NCBI RefSeq assembly: GCF_009914755.1
Contig: NC_060942.1
DNA: 64,000 nt
Source: the human T2T-CHM13v2.0 reference genome, Homo sapiens
Reading direction: 5' to 3' (one strand)
The notes beneath the pieces were generated by a model that worked only from the letters and a program-made list of their open reading frames with translations, had not been told where the DNA came from and ran no database searches. Made by a program: the position numbers and the translations under genes. Of the stretch, positions 1 through 13,249 are shown one piece after another. How positions within the stretch are numbered: position 1 is the stretch's first letter; each line of letters opens with the position of its first letter.

Positions 1-694
1 TTGATGAAGTAACAGTGAGGCAGTTTGTGCAGCTGTGAGTGTGCAGGTGCCCCCAGCACCTGCAGATTTCGCTTCTCCCATCCTTGCTACACATCCAGGT
101 CCCCCACCCCCAGGCCAGGCTTGGTCCCCTCTCTCTGTGTCCCTCATGGATTCCAGTGAGATGGTGTGATTTCTGAGGTTGGGAATAAAGTGCTCCATCT
201 GCTTTTTTAAAAGAATAACCATTTAGGGGAAATAAAGGGAATCGGAGGCCTAGTTTCTTTCACGTGGAAGACGGTAAGTCCCAAAGGATCACCCTGTGAT
301 ACTGGATTTCTGAAATACCCTATGGTTTTATATTGCTGAACAGACTAGCTCGAGAGAACTGAGGACGGCGGGTGACCTAAAGGCATCACTTCTACACAGG
401 TGGGTTTGGCTTTGCCCAGAAAATAAAGGGTTGGATCTCAGTATGAGGCAGGGCGACGGCATCAGGACAGGGGGCGAAGCTCGGTGAAGAAGGAGATGGG
501 CAAACGGGTACGGGAAGTGGGGGGCTGAGGGGGGCCCGGGGGGCGGCTCCTGCGAGGTGGACAACTACACCGCGACAGTGGAAGTCACCGAGCTCGGGAG
601 CGGACGGGCTCGGAGGGGGAGAGGCAGCCGGCAGAGGAGCGGCCGGGGGAGGAGGGGACAGATGCTTGGCGGCGGCGGCCGGGCTGCGGGGCGC
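1..694 (-). other. DLGAP1: DLGAP1 3' UTR (proximal part, likely continuing beyond the window start)
   Basis: Directly downstream of the stop codon; no minus-strand canonical AATAAA noticed within the window. Confidence 0.8.
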
Positions 695-900
695 TCAGAG
701 CCGGGTCTGCGCCTCGGGGATGTAGATCTCGATGCTCTCGGCGCTCTCGGTGGCCGAGTTCTGGCGGACGGACGCGGCGCGCTTGGCGGCCATCAGGCGC
801 TTGCGGGCCTCCTGGCGCTGCGAGCTCTCCAGCGAGCGCTCCCGGATCAGCGGCGCGGGGCCCTTCGCCGGCTTCTTTGGCACTGGAGGAGGGGCCCTTC
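450..900. promoter_or_regulatory. 3' CpG island over the last exon and proximal UTR, with plus-strand G-runs
   Basis: Dense CpG and high GC relative to the AT-rich flanks; G-tracts around 510-545 and 600-660. Confidence 0.8.
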
Positions 901-904
901 TCTC
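695..904 (-). CDS. DLGAP1: DLGAP1 last coding exon (ERRAPPPVPKK...EIYIPEAQTRL*), ending in the class I PDZ ligand QTRL
   Basis: Acceptor cag|GAGAGA (AG at 905-906), TGA at 695-697, 210 nt in phase 0. Peptide is the recognisable SAPAP1/GKAP C-terminus. Confidence 0.98.
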   Translation of the reverse strand, partial: ERRAPPPVPKKPAKGPAPLIRERSLESSQRQEARKRLMAAKRAASVRQNSATESAESIEIYIPEAQTRL

Positions 905-2423
905 CTGATCAAAGCAGAAGGTTCAGGACATTACACAGCTTCTCAGGACAAGCTTGGGAAAAACTGGGATAGGTCAGTAGTTAGAACACACAGTTTTTTA
1001 CCTAGGGGTGGTTAGTTCTGATCTGCACACTGCATATCTACTTTTTTCTTCATTATTCTGGCTTGGGCATTCAAAAGATGCAGAAAAAAAAAATCCCGGT
1101 AAGCTTAAGGCCCAGGGTAAGGCTGGGTTGCAGAACTAGGTCTCTCCAAGGGAAGGAAGTGGGTATTTTAAAGGCCCCCTGCGGAAAGCCTGCGGCTCCC
1201 AGCACATTGAGTGCGGTTCTCTCTGGAGACTCCAGACTCCTCCTGGTGCCAGAGATGGGCCAGGAAGCAGCGGCTGCGGCAGCATCTTAGAACCCCTGCA
1301 TCCCCTCTAAGGATGCAAGTCACCGGGTGCAAGCTTGGTTCAGAGCTTAAAAACATCTCCGCTCTGTCCCCGGCCCGCCCACCGTCCCCTTCCCACCAAA
1401 CCTAAATAAACAGAGGAGGAAGAAGAGATATCAGATTGTGTTCTTTAGCTTTGTTGGTGCTACACCAGGTTAGACCCTTTTGCACACCACACACGAACAC
1501 ACAAGCAATATACAATATACAGGGTCACGGGAGAGGGAGGCCATTGATATTTCCTACACTCGAGAGTTAATTAAGTCAGTTCCAAGGTGACTCTGACTAG
1601 GGGCCTCGGGATAACTGTGGTGGCCCAGGAAGCAATTCCAATCACAGGGGCAGAAACTGTGCCATGAAAAGTTGACACAGGATGAAAGAGGTCATTCCTC
1701 TTATCAGCAGCAAACTATGAAATGGGCGGATATTTTCAATGCCACTGCAAAAACAAAAGACAGTCATCTCTTTGGCATTAAAAAAAATGCAGCAGGAAAG
1801 AATGGCGTCTAGACCACAAAGGATTTTTAGGCAAAGAAGGTTGAAGTTGTAGACTGTGAAAGGGTGCACATAAAACTGATGTTTTCATTTTAAATAAAAT
1901 ACCCTCCATTCTCATAAAATGAAGCGTGAACATTATCTTAAAATATAGTTTCGGTGATTCTCCAAAGAGTACTCTTTGTATCTTAACACCAATGCTCAGC
2001 ACAGCAATTCCTCCCTGCTTGCCAGAGCAAGTGCCTAGTTCAACTTCTCACCCTGGAGCTACCCCACCGGCTGTCTAAGGTGGAGTCTGTGTGGCTTAAA
2101 AGAGAAAAAAGGAGAGCCTGGAGTGCAAACTATATTCTCCCAACTCTGATTGTGCTTGTTCATTTTTCTCCTCAGGTTCATGGGGTGATGAAAAGCTCTG
2201 ATCACAGGCAAAGTCCATTAAAAACCGTAAAAATCAAGCTAACTAATGATTTACTATGTAAATATCAATAGGTTACATATATCAATTCTTAGCATCTCTT
2301 CTTTTAGACATTTTAAATCTTCATTGTGGAATAACTCAGTGGATATTTTTAGAAATATGAATATTGGATATTTTTTAGTCATTTTCCTTTCCTTATACAT
2401 TTGGATTTTTTAAACAATGATTA

Positions 2424-2780
<357 letters not shown>

Positions 2781-3543
2781 TAAATTACCAGTATGTGTGC
2801 ATTTGTAGTGTTTTCTTAAAATAAGACTGATTTAAAGCTTATCTAGCAGATAGTTTTAAACACAGATTAAAGAAAACTAGATTGGGTACAAATGTTTGGC
2901 TTCCCAAGTGAGAGGCCACATGTACATCAACAGTACTTTCCAACTTAACACTACGACCCCCATTTTGATGGTGACAGAATTGGAAACGGGGGACAGTGAT
3001 GAGAGCATCACCCTCCTGTCACTTACAGATGGTCCCTTGGGACTGGATTTTTCCTGGGAGACCATTGACCCCAAGAACCCTGAAAACATGATATGCGGTA
3101 GCAGAATGGATTAGATTGCTGTTAGCTTTCTGGTAGGTGAGGGGACCTGAAAAGAACAGGGCCACCAGCATTTCAAGGGAACAGCCATTCCAATTTTCAG
3201 AGGTTGATTCTCTTGGAATTATTTGACCTGAGGCCATAGGAAAGCAAAGGGTTAAAAAAGTCACGTTTGACATGCCAGCCTGGGGAGCTGGACATTGGAT
3301 ACCCGTGTGAGCCTCGTGGAACACCATAATCAAATGTGAAAATTAGAGTTGATTAATTAAAGTAAAAGAATTTAAGTCTTTATTTCTAAACTGATGCATG
3401 AGGACCCCAGTGAGCAATATTCCCCAAGGCAAATCAACCAAAAGCAAAACTGTTTTGAAAAAAAAAAAAAAAAAACCCAACATTTATGTAATTACTGTGA
3501 AACTTTATGGTATATATTTTTAGACTTGAACAACAGTAATTTC

Positions 3544-3549
3544 TTTATT
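3544..3549 (-). terminator. Candidate poly(A) signal for the -GQSK isoform
   Basis: Minus-strand AATAAA (tttatt) about 385 nt after the alternative stop, followed by a U-run (plus-strand A-run ~3458-3476). Further AATAAA copies at 3677-3682 and ~3379-3384. Confidence 0.5.
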
Positions 3550-3932
3550 ACTATATTTATGAAATGATTATCAAAGTCAGTTATTTTTCAGGGCATCCTA
3601 TTTTTCTTGAAAACACATCCTAGGGGTGTAAGGAAGTTGAACTCTTGTTCTATGGATTCATGCACTGAAGATGTCATTTATTTTAGTTTAAAAAGCAAAA
3701 TGGAGGCAGTTCCTTCCAGTGACTAAAATGGTTTAACTTAAAGTTTAATTAACAAAAAAAGCCACATTCCCATTTTCCAATTCACAAAGACAGGTTTTTC
3801 TTTAAAAATATGCCTGAAACATATTACAGATAATATCCCAAATGATTACTATGTAAACATTGTCATTACAATGAAATTAATATGATATCAGCTCCATTTC
3901 ACATTGTAAACAGCAGGACTGAATGCAGAAGC

Positions 3933-3998
3933 CTATTTAGACTGTCCAGTGTTTGTGCAGGTTTTTAAATGAACCATACAAAATCTACATTGTTCTAC
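3933..3998 (-). CDS. DLGAP1: Alternative C-terminus by donor read-through (VEQCRFCMVHLKTCTNTGQSK*), GKAP1b-type isoform
   Basis: In-frame continuation of the exon to TAG at 3933-3935. A GKAP splice form ending -GQSK is known (recalled). Confidence 0.85.
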   Translation of the reverse strand, partial: VEQCRFCMVHLKTCTNTGQSK

Positions 3999-4151
3999 CT
4001 TCTTGTCAAGAGGATCCATCTGTTTCCAATTATTGGCCTTTAACTGATGAAGTTCATCAAATTTCATACTAATATTTTCTATGGACAACTGCAGCATGTC
4101 CCAAAACCCCGCCAAATCCTGGGAGGTGGGTCTTGGATGAGCATTAGGATT
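3999..4151 (-). CDS. DLGAP1: DLGAP1 penultimate coding exon (NPNAHPRPTSQDLAGFWDMLQL...DPLDKK), GKAP-homology domain
   Basis: cag|AAT acceptor (4152-4153), AAG|gtaga donor (3997-3998), 153 nt = 51 codons. Contains the conserved DLAGFWD motif. Confidence 0.98.
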
Positions 4152-4688
4152 CTGCACAAGAGAAAGAAAAACATTCATGCTTTAGAAGCAATTCTTGACA
4201 AGCACAGGGCCAAAAAGGCATTTTCAAATATTTCAAACAACATAAGGAGGACTAGTTCCTTTTGGTTTTCCGACACGAGGTAAAAGTGAGGTTACAAATG
4301 TTAATTTTATACACTCATCCATTTGAGTCAGTGATTCTCAAATGTCAAGGTTGTAAAACTCTTCTGTTGTGATACCACATCTATCAATTCAATATGGTAT
4401 GGGGGAAGGGTCTAAACATATGAAAAATTCCAGAATGTGTGATCTACTACAGGACGTATTTTAAAACACCATATTCAAATGAAAATGACATTTCTGAAAA
4501 AAAAAATACAGTGTATTATTATTAGAGTTTGTATTCCACTACATGCCATACAATTTATTCAGAGAACAGATAAGGAATCTAAAATAAGATTAGTTTAAAT
4601 ATTCATGTTAAGTAAAACACAAATGATTAGTAATAAAATATTGGATGTTCCAAGCACTATGTGTTTAATAATTAAGATGTTTACTAAT

Positions 4689-4724
4689 ATAGGAAGTAAT
4701 TTTATCATAGGAAGTAATTTTATC
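4689..4724. repeat. 18-bp perfect tandem duplication
   Basis: (ataggaagtaattttatc)x2. Confidence 0.9.
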
Positions 4725-5297
4725 ATATGACTGCTTTGACAAAATCATTTGAAAATTCATTCATTTTAAATTGACCATAAAATAATATAGCAAATGTGAG
4801 AACACATTATCTCTACATACATCTCTACATCTATATGTCTGTAATGACCCATTTGCTAAGTGATAGTAAACATTCTTCAGTGTTTCAGGATTGACTTTCT
4901 TTGCCCCATCCACATATCCCTGATACCAGAACACATAAACCTGAATTTATATGCCCTAAGACAGGAAAAACACAGCTAGGAGACTGAAAATATCATACTC
5001 TTTGTTAATTACTACCTGCAGCAGTAGCTAAAGGCATTCATGATTAGACGGGTGGCAGCCTCCATATGTCAAGAGATCCTAGCTGGTATCTGTTTTGGTG
5101 ACCTCTTGGTATTTCAGGCAACTGGACAGACTGTGAAACTCCATGTCCTATGATAACACGAGGCCAGTGTATGCTTTTAAAACTAACCCCTAATAAAAAT
5201 GATATCAGAATTTTGGAAAGTACAAGGTTGAAGACCATCAAAATAATGGATTGGAAAGACATTTTAAGTCCTTGGGTGCACCAGTATTATTGGCCTA

Positions 5298-5640
<343 letters not shown>

Positions 5641-5887
5641 TTATAAATTTATAGTTCCTAAAGTGCCCAAAAGTTCTAAAGTTCATTAGAAGAAATAAAT
5701 TTTAAAGTTTATAAAGTTTTTTTTAGTTTACTAAATCAGAATACTACAGAGAAACCCTTTCATTAATTCAGACATCGTTAGAATAGATTTTAATACTGAA
5801 TCAGACACTTACAAACTTTAAAACTTATTTTTAAAATGAACTTTAGAATTATTAGGCACTTTGGGAACTATAAATTTATAGATATAT

Positions 5888-6188
<301 letters not shown>

Positions 6189-6759
6189 AGTGTTTTCTTG
6201 AATGTATTTAACTCTGTATAATGGGCAACTCGTTCCCTTCTCATAAAGAATCTCTTTGCTCCCACATCATTAAGAAGATAGATAGAGAAACAGAGAGAAA
6301 GCGTTTAGCCTCAGCCATTCTCCAAATCAGTGAGTCATGTGACATACCATGCACAACAGTGGCAGCTCACTCCTTAATCCAAGACATGCTGCCTTGGAGA
6401 CCAGAGGTGGGTGCTGGAGGGGAGAGTGGGGAGAGCCAAGGGAGGCTGGGGTCCTTGGTTTAGTTACGTTGGAAGAGGCCAACTTTTGTCTACTCATTCT
6501 AAGCCTGGGAGTCTAGTTAGGATAATGAGTAAGTGTTTTCAAAATAGAGCTATGATTTTTCTCCTCAGAATAGGAACTCAAGAAAGGAGGCTGGGTCTGG
6601 TTCTGACCAATCATGGTGCCACTTTCATGCAGCTGTGGACCTAAGCAGTGCCGCCACCAGGCCACTGTGCCTCCTGGGGCAAAGGAGCATGGAGCTGAGT
6701 CTGCTCCATGAGCAGGAGTAGTGAACTCAAATCCTGGGTAGGATGTATAAGGATTGTGG

Positions 6760-6860
6760 TTGAATAGACTGGGATTTGAATCTTGGCTCTGCCTTTTACC
6801 ATGGGGCTGTGAACAAGTTTCTTAGCTTTTCCGTGCCCATTTTCCTCATCTGTAAACTGT
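6760..6860 (+). mobile_element. MIR fragment
   Basis: ttgaatcttggctctgcc...ttcctcatctgtaaa core. Confidence 0.7.
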
Positions 6861-6879
6861 CATTAAAATGTCACTATCG

Positions 6880-7234
<355 letters not shown>

Positions 7235-7478
7235 CTAAACGCTTTCAGCAGGGTGTCAGGCACATGTTAGGCTCTTGACTTTTTTCTGGAGGGGCCTGGT
7301 TTGACCAGCATTGCGACTGTCTTCCCCCATTGTGCCTCAGTCTACCTAAAATATGAGAAGCACATTTTACCACCTATGCCCTTCTAGTGGCCAAGGAATG
7401 TGAGCCCATCAAGAACTAGGAAACATCAAAAGCTGGCTTTAAGGAGGTTAACATTTTCTAGAAATCTGCAAATTTTTG

Positions 7479-8090
<612 letters not shown>

Positions 8091-8729
8091 GAAATCTGCA
8101 AATTTTTCAAAACTTTTGTTTGCAATTTCATCTTTAAAATATGTACAATGTTTACACTCTTCTTCATAATATACTTGCTCATCACATATTTCTTTTAACA
8201 AGGTATGTTGTGTTTTCCCTGTATCGTGTACACATGGACTTCCTTATGTACCTATTCTTCATGTACATGTTTGAGCAACACGGCTTTATATAAGCTTTCT
8301 TATATTTAAAGCACAGAGAATCATGTTAATTGAGATCTGTGACACATTAGCAAGTTTGCAAATTAACAGGAGTTCTGTACCTGGCCCACAGCTGAAGCTT
8401 GATAGAATACTCGTTGGTTTAAATTCACTTATTAATACATTTACTAATATAAATGATCTCATAAGCCAGAATAAATTTCTGAAAAATTGGAAGAAGGGTG
8501 AGTTTATTTTTTCTGAGAGAGGGAAAACAAATTATAAACGTGTGTGTATGGGGCAGGGGGTGGGAGGGTGTGCGAATAGCCCTAAGGAGAGATTACAAAG
8601 AGAAAAGAGGGATGGAGACTACCACCTTTTCCATACTTTATATTTTCTCTCGGTTGATCCCTGTCTACATAAATTTCTTTCAGTCTGTATTTCTCCTTGT
8701 TAACAAGAAGTGGTTAAAACTCCAAAACT

Positions 8730-9066
8730 GGCCAAGTGCGATGGCGTGCCTGTAATACCAGCACTTTGGGAGGCCAAGATGGGAGGATCATGAGGTCAGG
8801 AGTTTGAGACTATCCTGGCTAACACCATGAAAACCCGTCTCTACTAAAACAAAACAAAACAAAACAAAACAAAACAAAACAAAAAATTAGCTGGGCATGG
8901 TGGCATGCACCTGTAGTCCCAGCTACTCGGAGGCTGAGGCAGGAGAATCGCTTGAACCTGGGAGGCAGAGGTTGCAGTGAGCCGAGCCGAGATCGTGCCA
9001 TTGCACTCCAGCCTGGACAACAGAGCGAGACTCCATCTCAAAACAAAAACAAAAACAAAAACAAAC
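8730..9066 (+). mobile_element. Alu with (AAAAC)n expansion in the linker
   Basis: Alu motifs; (aaaac) array 8846-8882. Confidence 0.9.
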
Positions 9067-9254
9067 CCTCAAAAATCATGCCTGTCAATTGTTGGGGATA
9101 AAAGAAAAACAAAAAACCTCTAAGATCATATTTTAAGTAATTTAGATTGCTAATAATTGTCTTCACTTGCCAAAAGGTAAACAAATTGCTTTTCATTTTC
9201 TTTGTTTTAGATCCAGCTTGACCAACAATTGAGCAATAAAAGCTATTCTTGAAG

Positions 9255-9559
9255 GTTTTTTTTTTTTTTTTTTTTTTTTGGAGATGAAGTCTCACTCTGT
9301 CCCCCAAACTAGAGTGCAATGAACCTCAGCTCGCTGCAACCTCCGCCTCCTGGGTTCAAGTGATTCTCCTGCCTCAGCCTCCTGAGTAGCTGGGATTACA
9401 GGCACCTGCCACCATGCCCAGCTAATTTTTGTATCTTTAGTAGAGACAGGGTTTTGCCATCTTGGCCAGGCTGGTCTCGAACTCCTGACCTCAGGTGATC
9501 CGTCTGCCTTGGCCTCCCAAAGTGCTGGGATTACAGGCGTGAGCCATTGCGCCCAGCCT
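9255..9559 (-). mobile_element. Alu (S-like)
   Basis: Poly-T followed by Alu reverse complement. Confidence 0.92.
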
Positions 9560-10091
9560 GTTTTGCTTTGTTTTTGCATGTCCAAGAAGGATGAATTCTT
9601 CATTTGTTTCAAGAAGATCAAATCTACACTTTGTGATGCCCTTGACTTCTAGCTCTTGAATTAAAACAGAGAACTCAGATTAGGAAATAGTCATTGACTG
9701 CTATTTTAGAAAGAAAATCACTATCCAAAATGATTTTTTTTGGGCAATATTATTTTTGAAATATCAAGCTGCTTCATATTTTGATAAGAACAATAAAATC
9801 AGAAAAGCTATGTGAAAGCCAGGAAAATGGAAAATTTTCAGTTACAAAAGAAGCAGGAAATAATTTTAACTTGACTGAATTTTTTCTAAGATTATTTAAG
9901 TGAAAAATAAATATTTTAATTTTAAGACAATCAGGAAATAAGATTCATCAGAAAATTCTCTGTTCCAAGTGAGAGACTCCAATGGACCTTGACTTGGTTC
10001 AAAATCAGTTTTACTTTAGTTGGGCCAGTCTTGGTGACATGTTCTTCTCATGGCACTAGCAGGGAAATTGTAGAAGGAGAGTGTTACCTAC

Positions 10092-10183
10092 CAGGTTTTC
10101 TTCACACAGTTCTCTGAACTGGTAGAATTTCTGGGCCATGAGAAGTTGGGCACTGCCCACTGCGGTTCGGATTTTTCCTAGAA
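10092..10183 (-). CDS. DLGAP1: DLGAP1 92-nt coding exon ((I)LGKIRTAVGSAQLLMAQKFYQFRELCEENL)
   Basis: Too short for the ORF track; read manually. ccag|TT acceptor (10184-10185), CTG|gtagg donor (10090-10091). Phase 1 start joins GAC A| of the upstream exon; phase 0 end joins 4151. Confidence 0.97.
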
Positions 10184-11699
10184 CTGGAAAGAGCAAACAT
10201 ACGAGAAATTTACACATCATGCTTCATTGTTGAGATTTAGTCTGGTAAAGCAAAGAGGAAGTTATGCTGTAATAATTAGGGAAAATGGCACACACACACA
10301 CTGAACACTCATGCCCACCCAGACAGCCCAATCACTGTTGTCACCCTGTTGGTCTGTGTCACAGAGGCTCCTGGGTTAAAGTAATAAAATCAACTTGGAA
10401 AAACACATGCTCCTCCTGCATATTTCTTGGGAGCAATGGAGTTTTCCAGCACTGATGTTACCAAGAACTGGATGTTACCAAGAGAAGAGGCAAACAGTTG
10501 TTGCTTTTTTTTTTTTTTTAAACTTCCTTTACCGCAAGGATGAATTTCAAGTGTTTACCAGTATAGCTCTGGATTGATGGAGTCAGCCGTCATGGTCGGC
10601 TGGCTTGTTTTTCTAAAACAAGCCCAAACACAAGGAAAGCAGTACTAAACTAGAGGGGGAATCTCTTGGCACTCACCATATCCCATCCACATCCTTTCTT
10701 ATTTTTCCGGAGCTCAGCCACTGGTACCGTCAGGAAAGAGCTGTGGCTGATTAAAATATTTTCTAAGGAGCGAACATGTTCAGCCTGTGGCCTAGAAAAC
10801 GCCAGGGCCGTCCCAGCTTTTACACTCTGCAGCCCAATCATTTTGTTAATATAGGGTGAATTCCCTAGGCACTGTGCTGAAAATCTCCGTCTCTGCAAGC
10901 AGGCTACTTCTTGTCTCCCCAGCAGTCTAAGGCACCTTTCAGCTGCCTGCAGGCGTGCTCAGACCGAGCGGAGCTGCTTTCCGCTGAGCAATGCCCAGCT
11001 CTGCAGTGTCCCTGGGGCTCGCCTGCACCCTTTGGGACTGGGTGCAGCTGCCCTGCTACCCACCAGGGTGTTCTTAACATGCTCTCATGGTCGGGAAGGA
11101 ATCAAAAACTAGAGCAGGAGAACTTCTCACAAGAGCACTTGCCTCTCTGGAAATCTTCACGGGATGATATAGTACAGGATTTAAGCAATCCTGTTGTTCT
11201 GAATTTACGGAGCCAGGTACCCGAGTGGAATAAGCCTTTCTCAACCTCATTCCCCACACATTCTGAGCGACGGAAACTGAAGAATAAGAAACTCCATTCT
11301 GGCCCAGGGTTTTCTAGCAATTTGCTCCTTTATTTGTTTTAAACTGCTAGGCTAGATAATGGTTTCTGATGCACATTCTACCTAGGCGTTACTCAAGTAT
11401 TTCAGCGTTCCCACAAGTCACTCAGTGCATTTATATTTCCTCTAATATGTCACCAGCCACACCAAACAGCTCACAGACAGATATTTGCCCCCTCCCTCCG
11501 TGATCTCGAGGGGGTCTCCCTTGACAGCTGTCTAGCAGCAATTTCTTAGGCCTAAGTTTTTAACAATTTTTCTGCTCTGCTTTTAAAATCTCTTGGGATG
11601 GTTATCCTTTTCCTCTTTAACTAATAAATCAATTGTGCAAGACCTCCTCTCCTTTTCTTAACATCCCCAGAAAGGACAGCTTATGGAGACACAGGGCCT

Positions 11700-11880
11700 G
11701 AGTGGGCCAGAGTCCTCAATAGCTACTGCCTGGACAAGTCACTATCTCTACTTTCCCATCCGTAAAATGGGGCTAATGGTACCTATCTGGAGGGTTGTTG
11801 GGAAGGTTAAAAGCGTTAGTGTATTTGAATTGCTTAGGACTGTGTTGGATTTACAGTAAGTACTTAATAATTATTTGTTA
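11700..11880 (+). mobile_element. MIR
   Basis: acaagtcact...catccgtaaaatggggctaat...gggttgttgggaagg. Confidence 0.7.
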
Positions 11881-13085
11881 TTATCTAGGATCAGAAACCT
11901 CTACCTCTTCTATGGGTGTGCCCACTGTGAGAGCCACACTTGCCCTGGCTAGGAGAGAAAAGGAAAAAACAAAGTCTGGATGATCTAAGGTGACTGGACA
12001 TCTTGGTCTCCTGGGACAGGTATGCTCTCTGGGTGACCTGTTCCAGCTCCAAGAAGGTATATGGAGCAGGCACTTCCTAAGTGAGCATGTGGCTGTAGGT
12101 AAGCTCTGAGGTTTATGGAAACCTCTGAATTATCTTGCTGAAGGGTAGGACTGTGAGATCGGCAAATCTCAGAATGAATCCTGGGAGGTTATGACCAGGG
12201 TACCTAGGTCTCCACTTTGATGGCTGGGTTCCATAGCTCCTGGGAGCTATCGCAGAAACTCCAGCTATTCTGACTTACCTAAAAACTTTGAGCTGATGGT
12301 TCTCAATTATGTCTGATGCCTGAGCTATATAATAGACTGCCATAATAAAAGTAACTGAGTAAGACAGTGATTCTCAAAAGAGGAGACAGCACTGTTCTAA
12401 GCCATTATTAGGGCAACATGCAACCACACAAGTTGGGGCTAAGTCAGATGTCTTCTCAAAAGTAAAACAAGGGATATCTTTCTTCATTCAGCATGGCCTG
12501 GCAAGAGCCCTGGCAAAGTATCTGGGGTGGAGTTGTGGCCCTTCTCTTTCCCGGGCTTTTGCCGTCATGTTCCTTGCATGGAAATTCCCTACTGGCTCCA
12601 GGATACTTGCAATTCCTGTGTCCAGGAGATGACCGTTCCTAGGCCCAGGGTGGGGAGATGACTGCTTGGGCCTAGAATGAGATCATGAAACAGGGAGGCT
12701 TGGGAGAAGCAGATGACAACTCATATTTCCTTGTCCTCCACACTTTCTTTTCCGGAGAACTAAAAACTCACTTTAATTTTAAGAAAGAAGCTGTAATGGA
12801 GGTTTTTTTTGTTTTGTTTTGTTTTATTTTTTTTCCATTAGACACTCACTCTGTGTGTGAGGTAAGTTCTTTCTTCCAAAAGTAAATTTCACATTTGTTG
12901 CACATGCCTTGAGGAAGTTGAAATTAATAAACAATAAATGGTAAACACCAGTAGAAGTAAAAAGTGGAAATAAAAAGACTGAAAGTTGATAAAGAAATGA
13001 AATGAAGAAGAAAGAAGCATCTCGATGTTGTTTTGAAACTACTCTAAAATGTTCAATACCAACCTTCACGGTGGAAAAAAAAAAA

Positions 13086-13140
13086 ACAGTTGGCTCTCTG
13101 TTTCCATGGGTTTTGCATCTGTGAGTTAAACCAATGTTGG
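13086..13140. mobile_element. Tigger3/MER2-type DNA transposon terminal fragment
   Basis: cagttggctctctgtttccatgggttttgcatctgtgagttaaaccaa resembles the recalled Tigger3/MER2 end. Confidence 0.55.
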
Positions 13141-13249
13141 GTCTCACTATGTGGCCCAGGCTGGTCTTGAACTCCTGGGCTGAAGCAATCCTCTTGCCTC
13201 AGCCTCCCAAAGTGCTGGGATTACAGGTATGAGCCACTGCATCCTGCTG
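13141..13249 (-). mobile_element. Partial Alu/FLAM left arm
   Basis: gtctcactatg...gattacaggtatgagccac. Confidence 0.85.

Noticed and set aside
184-427. Several plus-strand AATAAA hexamers suggesting a convergent gene end
   Set aside because: No plus-strand exon structure visible; equally explained as U-rich elements of the DLGAP1 UTR
557-1015. 152-aa plus-strand ORF antisense to the last exon
   Set aside because: GTG start and Gly/Arg-rich composition; expected stop depletion in a CpG island opposite a real CDS
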